Origin: Blastocatellia bacterium
GTDB taxonomy: Bacteria > Acidobacteriota > Blastocatellia > UBA7656
Reading direction: 5' to 3'
Length of the DNA: 64,000 nucleotides
NCBI GenBank assembly: GCA_963804815.1
Contig: CAWDRU010000002.1
Span: 450,754 to 514,753, forward strand
In this document: positions 1 through 10,656 of the stretch, piece after piece
How positions within the stretch are numbered: position 1 is the stretch's first letter
Layout of the letters: every line of letters starts with the position of its first letter
Position numbers and translations under genes: made by a program
Notes under the pieces: generated by a model
Databases searched by the model: none
Seen by the model: the letters and a program-made list of their open reading frames with translations, nothing else
Told to the model about the DNA's origin: nothing

Positions 1-24
1 CGACTATGACGGCAGATCAAATCA

Positions 25-357
25 TCAGGAACCCTCGTGAGGTCCGTCACACACATAACCGGGGGATGTTTCGCAAAGTATAACGTCATAACTTTCAAGC
101 ATCGGCATGGCAATCGCTTCCAGTTCGTTCTTCCACAACTCGCCTTCGTAAAACGCGCTCCTCATCCGCTCTCGCTCATCGAGCGAAGGGAAGCTGCGCA
201 GCCAGACGAATTTGTTGGGATTTTCAAGATCGAGCAAAGGACCGAGTATCTTCATTCCATGCGAGCGGAGCGCGGGCACGGCTCGCGTTTCAAAGAATCG
301 GATGAACTCTTCGCGACATCCCGGCTTGATTCGATAGGCTCGTACTTCTACTATCAT
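25..357 (-). CDS. NIPSNAP family protein. The in-frame ATG at 355-357 was chosen over the ORF start at 483.
   Basis: The segment MIVEVRAYRIKPGCREEFIRFFE...LWKNELEAIAMPMLESYDVILCE matches the NIPSNAP/Dabb-like stress-responsive fold. A GGAGG ribosome-binding site (reverse complement of tatctccctc) lies just upstream of the ATG at 355-357. Confidence 0.65.
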   Translation of the reverse strand: MIVEVRAYRIKPGCREEFIRFFETRAVPALRSHGMKILGPLLDLENPNKFVWLRSFPSLDERERMRSAFYEGELWKNELEAIAMPMLESYDVILCETSPGYVCDGPHEGS

Positions 358-427
358 GGTTATCTCCCTCTGGCCGTATGCAATAATCTGATCCGTAACC
401 CTGTCGAGAAGGAATATAATCTGACCT

Positions 428-868
428 ATGAACTCGATCAAGAAGGTACCTGCAGGTACCCCCCTCCGCCCTCGGCGACCCAATCAGGTCAGCGGATGTC
501 CGTTGACTGCCGCGCTGGCGGCAATCGGCGGTAAGTGGAAGCTGATCATCGTGTACTGGCTGGCAGAATCACCGAGGCACTTCGCTGCGCTTCGTCAAAT
601 TCTGTCGGGCATATCGCAGAAGGTGCTCACACAGCAACTCCGCGAGCTGATAAGCGACGGGATCGTGCATCGGCAACCGACGGGCGTGATTCCGGCTCCG
701 GTAGAGTATTCGCTGACAGACTATGGTCGATCTTTGCTGCCACTTGTGGAGAATATACGGCTCTGGGGCCGGGCCCATATCGAACGTTTAACGGCTCAGA
801 CTGATGATCCCCTCGGCAATCCTGCGGGAGAATCAATACCAGACCGTGATAGTTATTCTAAGCTATAG
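428..868 (+). CDS. HxlR family winged-helix transcriptional regulator
   Basis: The motif CPLTAALAAIGGKWKLIIVYWL...FAALRQILSGISQKVLTQQLRELISDGIVHR is the HxlR/DUF24 signature. The gene is divergent from the NIPSNAP gene, 70 bp away, which is the typical HxlR arrangement. The exact start is uncertain. Confidence 0.7.
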   Translation: MNSIKKVPAGTPLRPRRPNQVSGCPLTAALAAIGGKWKLIIVYWLAESPRHFAALRQILSGISQKVLTQQLRELISDGIVHRQPTGVIPAPVEYSLTDYGRSLLPLVENIRLWGRAHIERLTAQTDDPLGNPAGESIPDRDSYSKL

Positions 869-928
869 CATTGAAACAGGGTCTATTGTCAGGCATCCCC
901 GGAGCCAGTAGCGCATCTAACGGCTCCT

Positions 929-1468
929 GTGACAAACAAACTGCGAAACAGGATAACTATACCGGACAAAGTGTCGGCGATATTTAATCATCTACTGTTG
1001 CTGTCTGTATTAGCATTTGCTCTTCAAAGCTATACTCAACCGGTTGCAGCCCAAACCCGTTACTCGACAAGCCGATTTCAGGGTAGCTGGCATTGGGAGC
1101 ACTACCTTACCAGTCAGGATCTTCAGGATTCTGATATTGAACAACTCAGGAGATGGGCTGAAGGTATGGACATTAAAAAGGTCCCATTTGAGTCACTGCA
1201 CATTGATCTGATCCAGAGGGGAGCCAGATTAACAGGGAAGTGCTCAAGCACAATGCGATTTATTGATAAGCTTGACGGTGGCAGCTTCAGCACCAGGATT
1301 CGAGGAAGGGCGGCGCATTTCACGATAGAGAGTTCGCATGGCGGGATAGTAACAGTGGAATTAACGAGGCGGAGAAACAGGCTTTACTGGAAAATAATCA
1401 AGACTGAGGGCGAAGGCGATAACTGGCTTCCGAATGAGGCTATACTCCGAAGAGTTCAACGGAAGTGA
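929..1468 (+). CDS. hypothetical secreted protein
   Basis: 179-aa ORF with an N-terminal hydrophobic stretch (LLLLSVLAFALQSYTQPVAAQ) resembling a signal peptide. No family was recognised. A weak hairpin follows at about 1539-1556. Confidence 0.4.
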   Translation: MTNKLRNRITIPDKVSAIFNHLLLLSVLAFALQSYTQPVAAQTRYSTSRFQGSWHWEHYLTSQDLQDSDIEQLRRWAEGMDIKKVPFESLHIDLIQRGARLTGKCSSTMRFIDKLDGGSFSTRIRGRAAHFTIESSHGGIVTVELTRRRNRLYWKIIKTEGEGDNWLPNEAILRRVQRK

Positions 1469-1625
1469 CGTGATGCCTAACACGAGTATGCAGCGGGGGC
1501 TGTGGGCAGCGGAGCGGTTCTGCGTTGGTAGAAATAAAACAAGAGGCGCTCTTGTTGATTCTAAAATAGCCTGTTTTCTTATTTCTTGAGTTGGCGAAAA
1601 TTCGATTGTCAGCGATTAAGGTAGG

Positions 1626-1712
<87 letters not shown>

Positions 1713-1731
1713 ATTCGGAATTATCAATCAA

Positions 1732-2166
1732 CTAGGGCTTCTTTGTAGCCTCAGGCTTCGGAGCCTCTTTCTTCGCCGGTTCTTCTTTCTTCGCGCCCGG
1801 ATCAGCAGGCGTGACAGGAACTGCCGCAGGCTGATCGGTTGCAGCGGGCGGCGTCTGATCGGGGGCGGTTTGCAGCGGCGCTGGTGGAGCCGGAGCCTCT
1901 TCCGATGTCGTTACGCCTTCACCGACCGACCGCTCTTCAAACAATCCCGGTATAGAGAACAGAAATGCCGTCAAAAAGAAAATAATCGCTGCCGTGATCG
2001 TTATCTTAGCCATCACGGTCTGGGTGCCGCGCGGGCCGAATGCCGCCGAATTTGCGCCGCCACCGAAGACCTGCGCTGCGTCGGATTTGCCCGGCTGCAA
2101 GAGCACGAACATTATCAATACGAAGCAAGACAGAATATAAAGCGTGAGTAAAATATAATGTATCAC
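1732..2166 (-). CDS. secG: preprotein translocase subunit SecG
   Basis: LLTLYILSCFVLIMFVLLQPGKSDA...FGGGAN..FGPRG is the SecG signature. A Pro/Ala/Lys-rich tail follows. It is the last gene of the gap-pgk-tpiA-secG operon. Confidence 0.85.
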   Translation of the reverse strand: MIHYILLTLYILSCFVLIMFVLLQPGKSDAAQVFGGGANSAAFGPRGTQTVMAKITITAAIIFFLTAFLFSIPGLFEERSVGEGVTTSEEAPAPPAPLQTAPDQTPPAATDQPAAVPVTPADPGAKKEEPAKKEAPKPEATKKP

Positions 2167-2177
2167 CTGGTTGATTC

Positions 2178-2942
2178 CTACCTGTTCTCTTTGTAATTCA
2201 CAATCCGCGCAAACGAATCGGCCTCAAGGCTTGCGCCGCCAACCAGCGCGCCGTCAATATCGGCCTCGTTCATCAAGGTCGCGATGTTATCCGGCTTCAC
2301 GCTCCCGCCGTAAAGGATTCTTACGCTATCGGCCACCATTTCACCAAACATCTCTCGAACGCGGGAGCGGATGAAGGCGTGCATCTGCTGGGCTGTTTCC
2401 GGCGTTGCCGTTCGCCCGGTGCCGATTGCCCATACAGGCTCGTAAGCGATTATGATACGAGACGCTTCAGGCACTGTCAAGTTGCGCAACCCGCCGCCTA
2501 TCTGCTTTGCCACGACTGCTTCGGCGTGGCCAGCGTCTCGCTCTTCCAAACGCTCGCCGACGCAGCATATCACCCCAAGTTCCGCATTGAGAGCAGCGCG
2601 AATCTTCCGATTGACTGTCTCGTCCGTTTCGCAGTAATACTGCCGCCGCTCGGAATGGCCAATTATGGCCAATCGCGCGCCCGCATCGGAAATCATCGAT
2701 GCAGAGACCTCGCCTGTAAACGCGCCCGGCCCCGTATCAGCCGCAATATCCTGCGCAGCCACTTCGATGTTCGAGCCTTCCAGTCTATCGGCAACCGGCT
2801 TGATCGCAGTAAAGGCAGGTGCGACGATTATCTGGCAATGCGTTGAAGCGACGACCCCTGGTTTGAGCGCCTGAACGAATTCCAGAGCTTCTGAAATCGT
2901 CTTATACATTTTCCAGTTTCCGGCAATGATCGGTCTTCGCAT
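2178..2942 (-). CDS. tpiA: triose-phosphate isomerase
   Basis: Diagnostic TIM motifs [30 protein letters not shown] and GGSVKPDN are all present. Confidence 0.95.
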   Translation of the reverse strand: MRRPIIAGNWKMYKTISEALEFVQALKPGVVASTHCQIIVAPAFTAIKPVADRLEGSNIEVAAQDIAADTGPGAFTGEVSASMISDAGARLAIIGHSERRQYYCETDETVNRKIRAALNAELGVICCVGERLEERDAGHAEAVVAKQIGGGLRNLTVPEASRIIIAYEPVWAIGTGRTATPETAQQMHAFIRSRVREMFGEMVADSVRILYGGSVKPDNIATLMNEADIDGALVGGASLEADSFARIVNYKENR

Positions 2943-2957
2943 ATTCTTCTCACCTGA

Positions 2958-3551
2958 CTATTTTTTCTCACCCGATTCCGGTTTTGGCTGTGGCTGCGCC
3001 TGCGTCCGAGCTATGACAATAAACATCGTTTTTGCCTGCGGGTTTTTTCTCACTTCCACTTTCGCTTCACTGTCGCTGCCTTTTTTCAAGGTCCAGTTGG
3101 ATAGCTCCTGATCGTGGAGCTTATCACTAACCGTCCAGCCATTACTCTTAATGGCCTTCTCGTAGAAGGCCACTATCTTGTCCATCGTATCGCCCGTTTC
3201 AAGCATTAACGTTGCCGTGTCCTGTCCTTGCATCGGGCCATACTGCATGTTCACCCTGTTGGCCAGCGGATAGCTTGGAAGGTCTTTGATCTGGCCTGTT
3301 GCCATGTCCAGGAAAGGAGGCATCCTGAACTTCTCAGGCGGAGGCTGCGCCTGACCGGCGGCCTGTTGGCCTTCGCCGCCGGGAGCGTTGGCAAGCACGC
3401 TCGGTTGCTCGTTATTGTTTTGATTCCTGCCTGCCGCAGCCTGATTGGAATTCAGGCTGCCATAATTGGGCTTGCGCGGCCCGCAACTGATTACGCCGAT
3501 GCTGATCACAAAAACCAGAAAAGAGCAGAACAACCTCATTTGATTCTCCAA
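2958..3551 (-). CDS. hypothetical lipoprotein
   Basis: A signal peptide with a lipobox-like motif (VISIGVISCGP) is followed by a Gln/Asn/Gly-rich low-complexity region. The gene sits between pgk and tpiA. Confidence 0.55.
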   Translation of the reverse strand: MENQMRLFCSFLVFVISIGVISCGPRKPNYGSLNSNQAAAGRNQNNNEQPSVLANAPGGEGQQAAGQAQPPPEKFRMPPFLDMATGQIKDLPSYPLANRVNMQYGPMQGQDTATLMLETGDTMDKIVAFYEKAIKSNGWTVSDKLHDQELSNWTLKKGSDSEAKVEVRKNPQAKTMFIVIARTQAQPQPKPESGEKK

Positions 3552-3573
3552 TTCTAATGCGCCTTGTATTTAA

Positions 3574-4776
3574 TTATTTGTCCGTCAGAGCCTCTACGCC
3601 CGGCAGTCTGTCACCTGCCAGAAACTCAAGCGACGCGCCGCCGCCGGTCGAGACATGCGTTATGCGGTCGGCTACGGCTGCCTCTGTAATCGCAGCGACC
3701 GAATCGCCTCCTCCGACAATCGTAGTTGCATCTGCCGACGCAACAGCCTGAGCGATTGCGCGCGTTCCCTGATCAAAGGGCGGATGCTCGAACATGCCCA
3801 TCGGTCCGTTCCAGACAATCGTCTTCGCGTTTGCAATCTTTTCTGAAAACTCACTGACGGCATCCTTCCCGATGTCGAGGCCCGCTTCTTCCGCTTTGAT
3901 TTCGGTCACAGCGCAGAGTCGCGGCTTTACCGATTGCGGATCGCTATCCCACGCGCGTTTGTCAACGACCACATTATCGGATGGCAGCAGGAGCGCGACC
4001 TTGCCTTCACCTGTTCGCGCAAGCAGATCGCGCGCAAGATCGAGCCTGTCATCTTCGACGAGCGAACGACCGGTTTCCACACCCTGAGATTTCAAGAATG
4101 TGTAAGCCATCGCGCCGCCTATCAGGATTGCATCGGCGGACTTCATGAGGTTTTCGATCACGGCAATCTTGTCCGACACTTTTGCGCCGCCCAGTATAAC
4201 CACGAAAGGGTGCTCAGGGCTTTCGAGCACCTTGCCCAGATAGCGCAGTTCTTTCTCCATCAAAAAACCTGCGGCGGATTTTTCGACGTAATGCGTTATG
4301 CCTTCCGTCGATGCGTGAGCGCGATGGGCAGTGCCGAACGCATCGTTGACGTAAAGATCTGCAAGGTCTGCAAGCTCCCTGGCATACACGGGATCGTTTT
4401 TCTCTTCACCCTCGTGGAAGCGCAGGTTTTCAAGCATCAACGCGCTTGCAGGCTCAAGCTTGTCGGCCATCGCGCGCACCTCATCGCCCACGGAGTCGGG
4501 CGCGAGTGGTATCTCTTTTCCAAGCAACTCCGATAGTCGCCGCGCCGCCGGTTCAAGCGAATACTTCATATCGGGCTTGCCCTTCGGCCTGCCCAGATGC
4601 GACGCCAGTATCAATCGCGCGCCGTGGTCGAGCGCGTAGGTGATGCTTGGAAGCGCCGCGCGTATTCGATTATCGTCCGTGACACGGCGGTTCTCGTCGA
4701 GCGGAACGTTGAAATCAACGCGCATAAACACGCGCCTGCCTTCGAGGTCTAAATCTGTAATTGATAGTTTTGCCAT
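3574..4776 (-). CDS. pgk: phosphoglycerate kinase
   Basis: 400 aa. Contains [26 protein letters not shown]-like ([13 protein letters not shown]) and GGGDS motifs. Confidence 0.95.
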   Translation of the reverse strand: MAKLSITDLDLEGRRVFMRVDFNVPLDENRRVTDDNRIRAALPSITYALDHGARLILASHLGRPKGKPDMKYSLEPAARRLSELLGKEIPLAPDSVGDEVRAMADKLEPASALMLENLRFHEGEEKNDPVYARELADLADLYVNDAFGTAHRAHASTEGITHYVEKSAAGFLMEKELRYLGKVLESPEHPFVVILGGAKVSDKIAVIENLMKSADAILIGGAMAYTFLKSQGVETGRSLVEDDRLDLARDLLARTGEGKVALLLPSDNVVVDKRAWDSDPQSVKPRLCAVTEIKAEEAGLDIGKDAVSEFSEKIANAKTIVWNGPMGMFEHPPFDQGTRAIAQAVASADATTIVGGGDSVAAITEAAVADRITHVSTGGGASLEFLAGDRLPGVEALTDK

Positions 4777-4830
4777 AATTCAAAACGCTGGAAACGGGAG
4801 ACAAACACCCGCGTCACCGTTTGCCGTCTC

Positions 4831-5838
4831 TCATATACCTTGCGCCACGATGTAGCGGATGAGGTCTACTACGCGCGAAGAGTAGCCCCACTCATTGTCA
4901 TACCACGAAAGCAGTTTGACGAGGTTGCCTTCGAGCACGCTCGTATACGGCGCGTCGAGTATGGAGGAGTGCGGGTTCTTGCGGAAGTCTATCGAAACCA
5001 GAGGCTCTTCCGAATATTGAAGGATTCCGCGCATCGGGCCGTCCGCGGCTTTTTTCATTGCGGCATTCACTTCATCTTTAGTAGTAGGCTTTTCGATCTC
5101 TGCAACAAGGTCAACGATTGAAACATTCGGCGTCGGCACGCGGAGCGAAATGCCGTCGAGCTTTCCTTTGAGTTCCGGCATGACCAGTCCGATGGCTTTT
5201 GCAGCGCCGGTCGAAGTCGGGATGATCGACAGCGCAGCCGCACGCGCGCGACGAAGATCTTTGTGCGGGAGGTCCAGCAACTGCTGGTCGTTTGTGTAAG
5301 AGTGAATCGTATTCATCAAGCCTTTTTTGATTGTGAAATTGTCGTGAAGAACCTTTGCAATCGGAGCAAGGCAGTTGGTCGTGCAGGAGGCGTTTGAGAT
5401 GACGTGATGTTCTTTCGGGTTGTAGGTGGCTTCGTTTACGCCGAGCACTATCGTCACATCTTCGTTTGTGGCAGGAGCCGAGATGATGACTTTTTTGACC
5501 GAGTCGCGCAGGTGTTTTTCAGCGTCTGCGCGCTTGGTGAACAAGCCTGTTGATTCGACTACGATTTCAGCGCCGACCGATGCCCAATCAATCTTGCCGG
5601 GGTCGCGCTCTGAAAAGACGCGGAACTCATCGCCGTCAACCGTGATGCTGTTTTCAGCCGCTTTGATGTCGGCGTCAAGATTGCCGAGCACCGAATCGTA
5701 TTTGAGCAGATGCGCGAGCGTTTTGGTGTCCGTGATGTCGTTGACCGCAACGAAATCGAAATCACCGCTTCCCATTGCCGCGCGAAAGATGTTTCTCCCG
5801 ATGCGACCGAATCCGTTTATACCAACTTTGATTCCCAT
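4831..5838 (-). CDS. gap: type I glyceraldehyde-3-phosphate dehydrogenase
   Basis: Contains INGFGRIGR, the active-site motif [12 protein letters not shown], and WYDNEWGYS. Confidence 0.95.
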   Translation of the reverse strand: MGIKVGINGFGRIGRNIFRAAMGSGDFDFVAVNDITDTKTLAHLLKYDSVLGNLDADIKAAENSITVDGDEFRVFSERDPGKIDWASVGAEIVVESTGLFTKRADAEKHLRDSVKKVIISAPATNEDVTIVLGVNEATYNPKEHHVISNASCTTNCLAPIAKVLHDNFTIKKGLMNTIHSYTNDQQLLDLPHKDLRRARAAALSIIPTSTGAAKAIGLVMPELKGKLDGISLRVPTPNVSIVDLVAEIEKPTTKDEVNAAMKKAADGPMRGILQYSEEPLVSIDFRKNPHSSILDAPYTSVLEGNLVKLLSWYDNEWGYSSRVVDLIRYIVAQGI

Positions 5839-6067
5839 CCTTAAAGCCTCCAGCCTGTTTTTTGATTTTTTCGTGCGCTACATGCCCGGAAAAACCCGGC
5901 AAGAGCAACAAACGAGGTTATCTAATGAAATAAATGATTGTCAAGTTAAGCCTTCCGCAATCTCGACATCTATGCGCAGCTATCCAAACAGACTTCACGA
6001 CGGAGCCAGTGGGATGGTAAATTGAATGGCTAACTAGAAAGGGTAAAAAGAGCCGCGCGCTCATCGG

Positions 6068-7024
6068 ATGAAACTCAGGATACTACACCACGATCATTGC
6101 TTTGACGGATTCGCTTCAGCCGCCGTCTTCTCTCGCTTCTTCACTGAAAAGATAATGCCGGAGGCTGATATCGCTTACACGGGACTGGCTCATAAGCCTA
6201 ACCAGAAACTCATCGAAGAAGAACTGTTCGACGGTGACCAGAACGCCATAGTCGATTTCAAGTACAGCCCGTCGCCCCGGCTGACCTGGTGGTTCGACCA
6301 TCACCAGAGCGCTTTCCTTTCGTCGGAAGACGAAACACAATATCGAACCGGAACCTGGCCTACGAAGTTCTATGACCCGGATTATAAGTCATGCACGAAG
6401 TTCATCGCCGATACAGTCGCTCGAAAGTATGGCTTTGCGCCCCCGGATCTTGCGGAATTGATCCACTGGGCAGACATAATTGACGGCGCGCAGTACGATA
6501 CGGCAAAGACCGCCGTCGAATTGAATTCTCCCGCGCTCAAACTGATGCTTGTGATCGAAGCGAGCCGCGATAAAGCGGTAATGGACAGGATCATTCAAGG
6601 CATGCAGTCGCGCCCGCTGCTTGACCTCATAGACGACCCTGTGATCGCCGCCGCCTTCCGCCCGCTTTACGAGCGCCACGTCAGGACCATAGATTTGATT
6701 CGCAATGCCGCAGAGTGCGAGCGCGGAGTCGTCTATTTTGATCTGAGCCGGGAAGACGCCGAAGGCTACAGCAAATTCATCCCCTACTACCTGTTTCCTG
6801 AATGCGTCTATTCGGTCGGCGTGAGCCTTTCGCCTTCGCGCTCAAAAGTCTCCGTGGGGTTCAATCCCTGGAGCCCGACGCCGCGCCGCCATAATCTCGC
6901 TTCGATTTGCGAGCGGTACGATGGCGGCGGCCACGCAGTCGTCGGGGCCATCTCTTTCCGGCCTGACCAGATCGAACACGCGCGAGAAACGGCGAAAGAC
7001 ATCGCGGCGGAACTGCGAGCCTGA
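6068..7024 (+). CDS. DHH/DHHA1 family phosphoesterase (NrnA-like)
   Basis: DHH-family motifs are present: ILHHDHCFDGFASAA, WFDHHQS and a C-terminal GGGH (DHHA1). Confidence 0.65.
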   Translation: MKLRILHHDHCFDGFASAAVFSRFFTEKIMPEADIAYTGLAHKPNQKLIEEELFDGDQNAIVDFKYSPSPRLTWWFDHHQSAFLSSEDETQYRTGTWPTKFYDPDYKSCTKFIADTVARKYGFAPPDLAELIHWADIIDGAQYDTAKTAVELNSPALKLMLVIEASRDKAVMDRIIQGMQSRPLLDLIDDPVIAAAFRPLYERHVRTIDLIRNAAECERGVVYFDLSREDAEGYSKFIPYYLFPECVYSVGVSLSPSRSKVSVGFNPWSPTPRRHNLASICERYDGGGHAVVGAISFRPDQIEHARETAKDIAAELRA

Positions 7025-7034
7025 ATATTTATTC

Positions 7035-7937
7035 CTACAGCAGGTTCATGGGCACGGGATTCTGAGGGTCTGCGTAGTCATAAAATCCCCGCCCGCTCTT
7101 GCGCCCGTGTAATCCCGCAAGCACCATTCGCTTCAACAGCGGCGGCGGCGCGAATCGCTTCTCTTTGAACTCGTCGAACATTATGTTCGCGATGTAGTAA
7201 GTCGTATCCAGCCCGACAAAATCATTGAGCGTGAGCGGCCCCATCGGATAACCGCAGCCAAGCTTCATCGCATTGTCTATGTCTACGATTGAGCCTGCGC
7301 CTTCTTCCAGCGCGCGGATGGAATCGAGCAGGTAAGGGACGAGCAGTCGATTGACTATGAATCCTGTGCGGTCGGAAGTCTGGACGGGGACTTTGCCTAT
7401 TTCGCGCGCAAACTCTGTCGCTGTGGTGAAGACTTCGGGGTCTGATAGAATCGTGCGAACTATTTCGACCAGCTTCATGACAGGTACGGGATTGAAAAAG
7501 TGCATGCCGATAAAGCGGCGCTGGCGCTCGGCGCTCGTTGCCGTCATCATCTGCGTGATCGAAAGGCTCGATGTATTGGATGCGAATATCGTTTCCGGTT
7601 TGCATATCTGATCGAGCCGCGAATAGGTGCGATTCTTCTCGTCGAGATTTTCGATTATCGCTTCGATTATCAGGTCGGCGTCCTTTGCCTCTTCCAACTG
7701 AGTAGCGCCGCGCAATCGCGCGAGGGTTTTATCCCGCTCGCCTGCTGCGAGCCTGCCTTTTTCGACCATACGGTCGAGCTGCGTCACTATGCCGGACATC
7801 CCCTTATTCAAATACTCTTCTGAGACTTCGATCACAGTCACATCGCGGCCTGCCTGAGCGCAGACCTGAGCAATGCCCGCGCCCATCAATCCGCAGCCAA
7901 GCACCGCGACTTTATTTATTGCTATATTTATTGCCAT
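7035..7937 (-). CDS. hbd: 3-hydroxybutyryl-CoA dehydrogenase (3-hydroxyacyl-CoA dehydrogenase, NAD-binding)
   Basis: The Rossmann motif VAVLGCGLMGAGIAQV and the HFFNPVPVMKLVE and GFIVNRLL motifs are typical of HBD/HADH. Confidence 0.9.
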   Translation of the reverse strand: MAINIAINKVAVLGCGLMGAGIAQVCAQAGRDVTVIEVSEEYLNKGMSGIVTQLDRMVEKGRLAAGERDKTLARLRGATQLEEAKDADLIIEAIIENLDEKNRTYSRLDQICKPETIFASNTSSLSITQMMTATSAERQRRFIGMHFFNPVPVMKLVEIVRTILSDPEVFTTATEFAREIGKVPVQTSDRTGFIVNRLLVPYLLDSIRALEEGAGSIVDIDNAMKLGCGYPMGPLTLNDFVGLDTTYYIANIMFDEFKEKRFAPPPLLKRMVLAGLHGRKSGRGFYDYADPQNPVPMNLL

Positions 7938-8034
7938 ATTGTTTGCCTCCGTCTGATATGAATTTCGTTCCTCCCGGAAACGGGTAGGTTATTATTTCGA
8001 GAGAGATTCTTCAACCATCGAACGCAGCTTTAGA

Positions 8035-9297
8035 TCAGATGCTCGATTTGTTATCCGCATCTTTCTCCATCCTGATGAATCCGTTTTTTTCGGCCTCTTT
8101 GATAAACGACTCTTCTTCGCTCTCGATTCTGTCCCAGTCTTTTGGATTCATCTGATTGAAGCGGTCAATGATCTCCTTATGCCGGGCTAAGGCACTGCTC
8201 AATCCCTTTCGGAAATTATCAAACTCGTTATTAATGTTCGGAATCTCCTTCAGCAAATCGATTCCGTGCCGGGCTGATTCGATGGCCGGGCTGGTATCAG
8301 CCTTTTCGTTCCTGCCGTCAAGTATCGACGTGAATGAGTTGATTGATTCAATCAGTGCTTTGTTGGCTTCTTTTATCTGATCAAAATAACCCGCGATCTC
8401 TGTGTGAGGCGTCGCCCTGAGATTTGCAAGTCTGAGTTCCGGCCCGTCGTAGTTGCGAAAGGCGGCAACAAACGAGATCAGGGTCACGGCGAGGCAGATG
8501 ATTTGAAGCGCGCGCCAGATGCCTGCCGTAGCTCTTTCATCAGGCCGTTTGTACGGGATGATAAAAGCGAGCGCCACGCCTGAGAGCAACCCGCCGAGGT
8601 GCGCCGAGTTGTCAACGATTCTTACTATGAACCCGAAAGCCAGATTGATAATAATAACGGGTATGATGCGACGCCTTATATCTTTGCTCAGAAACTCCGG
8701 CAACTCCTTTCTGTACTTGAAAGCGAATGTCGCCATCACGCCGAACAGTCCAAAGATCGACCCGGACGCTCCGGCAGATGTGGCGTCGGGGTTGAAATAA
8801 TAGCTCGCCATCGAAGCCACAAGCCCCGAAACGATGTAGAGAATAACGAATCGAGCAGAGCCGTAAATGCGCTCTATCTCCTGCCCGATTATAAAGAGCG
8901 CATAATTGTTAAACAGCAGGTGCAGAAAACCGATATGGATGAAACTTGAAGTGATAAACCGCCAGTATTCGTGCTGCGTGTTTATCAGCAGATTCTCTTT
9001 CGCGCCCATAGCTCTTAAGACCATTATGTCTGCCGACAGCGCGCTCATGCCGCCCGCAAGCCATTCCAGCGCGAAGACTCCGAGGTTTATGCCGATGAAG
9101 ATCATCGTGAATGGGTTTGAGCGGGCAAACAGCGCGTTGATGAAACGATTCGCTTTTGCGGCTTCCTGTTCAGCCGCTATTGCCTCAATCGATCTATTCC
9201 CGCAATGTATGCAGTCGGCTCTTTCGACGGGCGTTGGATTGCCGCAGGCGGGGCAATCTCTGAATGCAGGTTCGTTGCGAATTTTCTCAAGCGTCAT
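8035..9297 (-). CDS. rhomboid family intramembrane serine protease with N-terminal zinc ribbon and C-terminal soluble helical domain
   Basis: Zinc ribbon CPACGN...CIHCGN. Rhomboid core with the catalytic GASGSIFG serine motif and conserved histidines (HIGFLHLLFN; AHLGG). Confidence 0.85.
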   Translation of the reverse strand: MTLEKIRNEPAFRDCPACGNPTPVERADCIHCGNRSIEAIAAEQEAAKANRFINALFARSNPFTMIFIGINLGVFALEWLAGGMSALSADIMVLRAMGAKENLLINTQHEYWRFITSSFIHIGFLHLLFNNYALFIIGQEIERIYGSARFVILYIVSGLVASMASYYFNPDATSAGASGSIFGLFGVMATFAFKYRKELPEFLSKDIRRRIIPVIIINLAFGFIVRIVDNSAHLGGLLSGVALAFIIPYKRPDERATAGIWRALQIICLAVTLISFVAAFRNYDGPELRLANLRATPHTEIAGYFDQIKEANKALIESINSFTSILDGRNEKADTSPAIESARHGIDLLKEIPNINNEFDNFRKGLSSALARHKEIIDRFNQMNPKDWDRIESEEESFIKEAEKNGFIRMEKDADNKSSI

Positions 9298-9371
9298 GGG
9301 CAGAAATAAGAGTTATCATCAAACTGTGACATCGCAGGTTTTCTTATTGGCCGGAAGTCTTTAACATCGAA

Positions 9372-10565
9372 TCATCTCTTCCCGCGCACGAGTCCGTATT
9401 TTTCCAGAACGCTGTCTTCCCATCTGAAATAATCGTCAAACGCTTTGTCGGCTTCTACAGAATCGGCGATATCGGTCTGGACTAAAGCTTTTTCGTCCTT
9501 TCCAGCCGCATCAATTATGCCCGCCCGTTTATTAAAGATTTCGACGAGGCGTTTGCTTATTTCAGCGCTGGGCTGGTCAATCGGCGGAATTCTGTCGATG
9601 TCAGACGCAATGCCTTTCAAACGTTCGGCTACTTGATGCATATCCTGTTTCTGGCCGGGCGCACTGATTGACTCGTCCCATGCTTTTTTTCCATCTCGAA
9701 CGTGATTGGAAAGCAGTATCACGTTTCTGGTCTGGAACTCTCGCTCCTGAAGCTCGCCATAACCTTTGCCTGCCAGCGCAAAGCTCGATGCCAGAACCAG
9801 AATGCAAATGATTGCCACAGCGTTCCAACTCACGACTGCGCGGTTTGTTGCGGGCGCATCAGGATTGACCACGAATCCCAGACCGGCTCCGGCAATGAAG
9901 CCGCTCGCGTGAGCCACGTTGTTTGCGCCTATCATGATGCCGAACATGAATCCAATCGCTCCCCAGATGAGCATCTGCCTCATTATCGCTTTGCCGTAAG
10001 TCCCGCCCAGCTTGTAGCCGTAGACGGCCATCAAACCTATCAGTCCGAATATTGCCCCGCTCGCGCCCGCGCCGCCGATGTTAAAAAAATAAGATGCGAC
10101 GGCGCTCGTGACTCCGGTCAGCATATACAGGAATATGAATTTCTGAGAGCCGTAAAGCTCTTCGACCTGCGGCCCGATCTGGTAAAGGGCCGAGCTGTTG
10201 AACAGCAGGTGCATCAACCCTATGTGGAGAAAGTTGTATGTCACAAGCCTCCACCATTGGCCTGCTGTAACGGCTGGCGGATAGAGACCTCCGAAGTCGT
10301 AGAGCACAGCGCCGCTGGGGCTTTGAATAAAGGCATCGGCTCCGCGCCCGTTATTTACTTCGACTATTGCCATCAGCACGAAGAGCAGAAGGTTGATCGA
10401 AAGAATAATCAAAGAGATGAAAGAAGAACTCCCCACAGCCGCGCTCGCTCGCGCTCTGAGCGGGGGAACGGATTCTTTTCCGCACATGGGACAGGGATTT
10501 GCCGACGCTTCAACCAGCGCGCGACATGCCTGGCACATCACCAGTTTTTTTCGCTCACCAAACAT
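9372..10565 (-). CDS. rhomboid family intramembrane serine protease (paralogue of the upstream gene)
   Basis: Zinc ribbon CQAC...CPMCG. Rhomboid core with GASGAIFGLIG, HIGLMHLLFN and AHASG. Same architecture as 8035-9297. Confidence 0.85.
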   Translation of the reverse strand: MFGERKKLVMCQACRALVEASANPCPMCGKESVPPLRARASAAVGSSSFISLIILSINLLLFVLMAIVEVNNGRGADAFIQSPSGAVLYDFGGLYPPAVTAGQWWRLVTYNFLHIGLMHLLFNSSALYQIGPQVEELYGSQKFIFLYMLTGVTSAVASYFFNIGGAGASGAIFGLIGLMAVYGYKLGGTYGKAIMRQMLIWGAIGFMFGIMIGANNVAHASGFIAGAGLGFVVNPDAPATNRAVVSWNAVAIICILVLASSFALAGKGYGELQEREFQTRNVILLSNHVRDGKKAWDESISAPGQKQDMHQVAERLKGIASDIDRIPPIDQPSAEISKRLVEIFNKRAGIIDAAGKDEKALVQTDIADSVEADKAFDDYFRWEDSVLEKYGLVRGKR

Positions 10566-10656
10566 AGATCAAAAAAGGCCCGGATGAAAAACGATTGAAT
10601 AGTAATGATGAATGATGAACGAACGAAAAGCTCTTAATTCATCAGTCATCGTTTCT

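Noticed and set aside
37-534. 165-aa plus-strand ORF overlapping the NIPSNAP gene
   Set aside because: It is antisense to a well-supported gene. It has no ribosome-binding site and an Arg/Pro-rich composition typical of high-GC shadow frames.
535-836. Several 69-89-aa ORFs in alternative frames of the HxlR gene
   Set aside because: Overlapping-frame artefacts. The HxlR frame carries the recognisable domain.
3934-4536. 200-aa plus-strand ORF inside pgk
   Set aside because: Antisense shadow ORF of a highly conserved glycolytic gene.
7222-7605. 127-aa Arg-rich minus-strand ORF within hbd
   Set aside because: It is an alternative frame of the hbd gene. It has low-complexity Arg/Pro composition and no independent support.
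9702-10598. 298-aa plus-strand ORF across the second rhomboid gene
   Set aside because: It is antisense to a rhomboid with clear catalytic motifs. The composition is Cys/His/Arg-rich, so it is a GC-driven shadow ORF.
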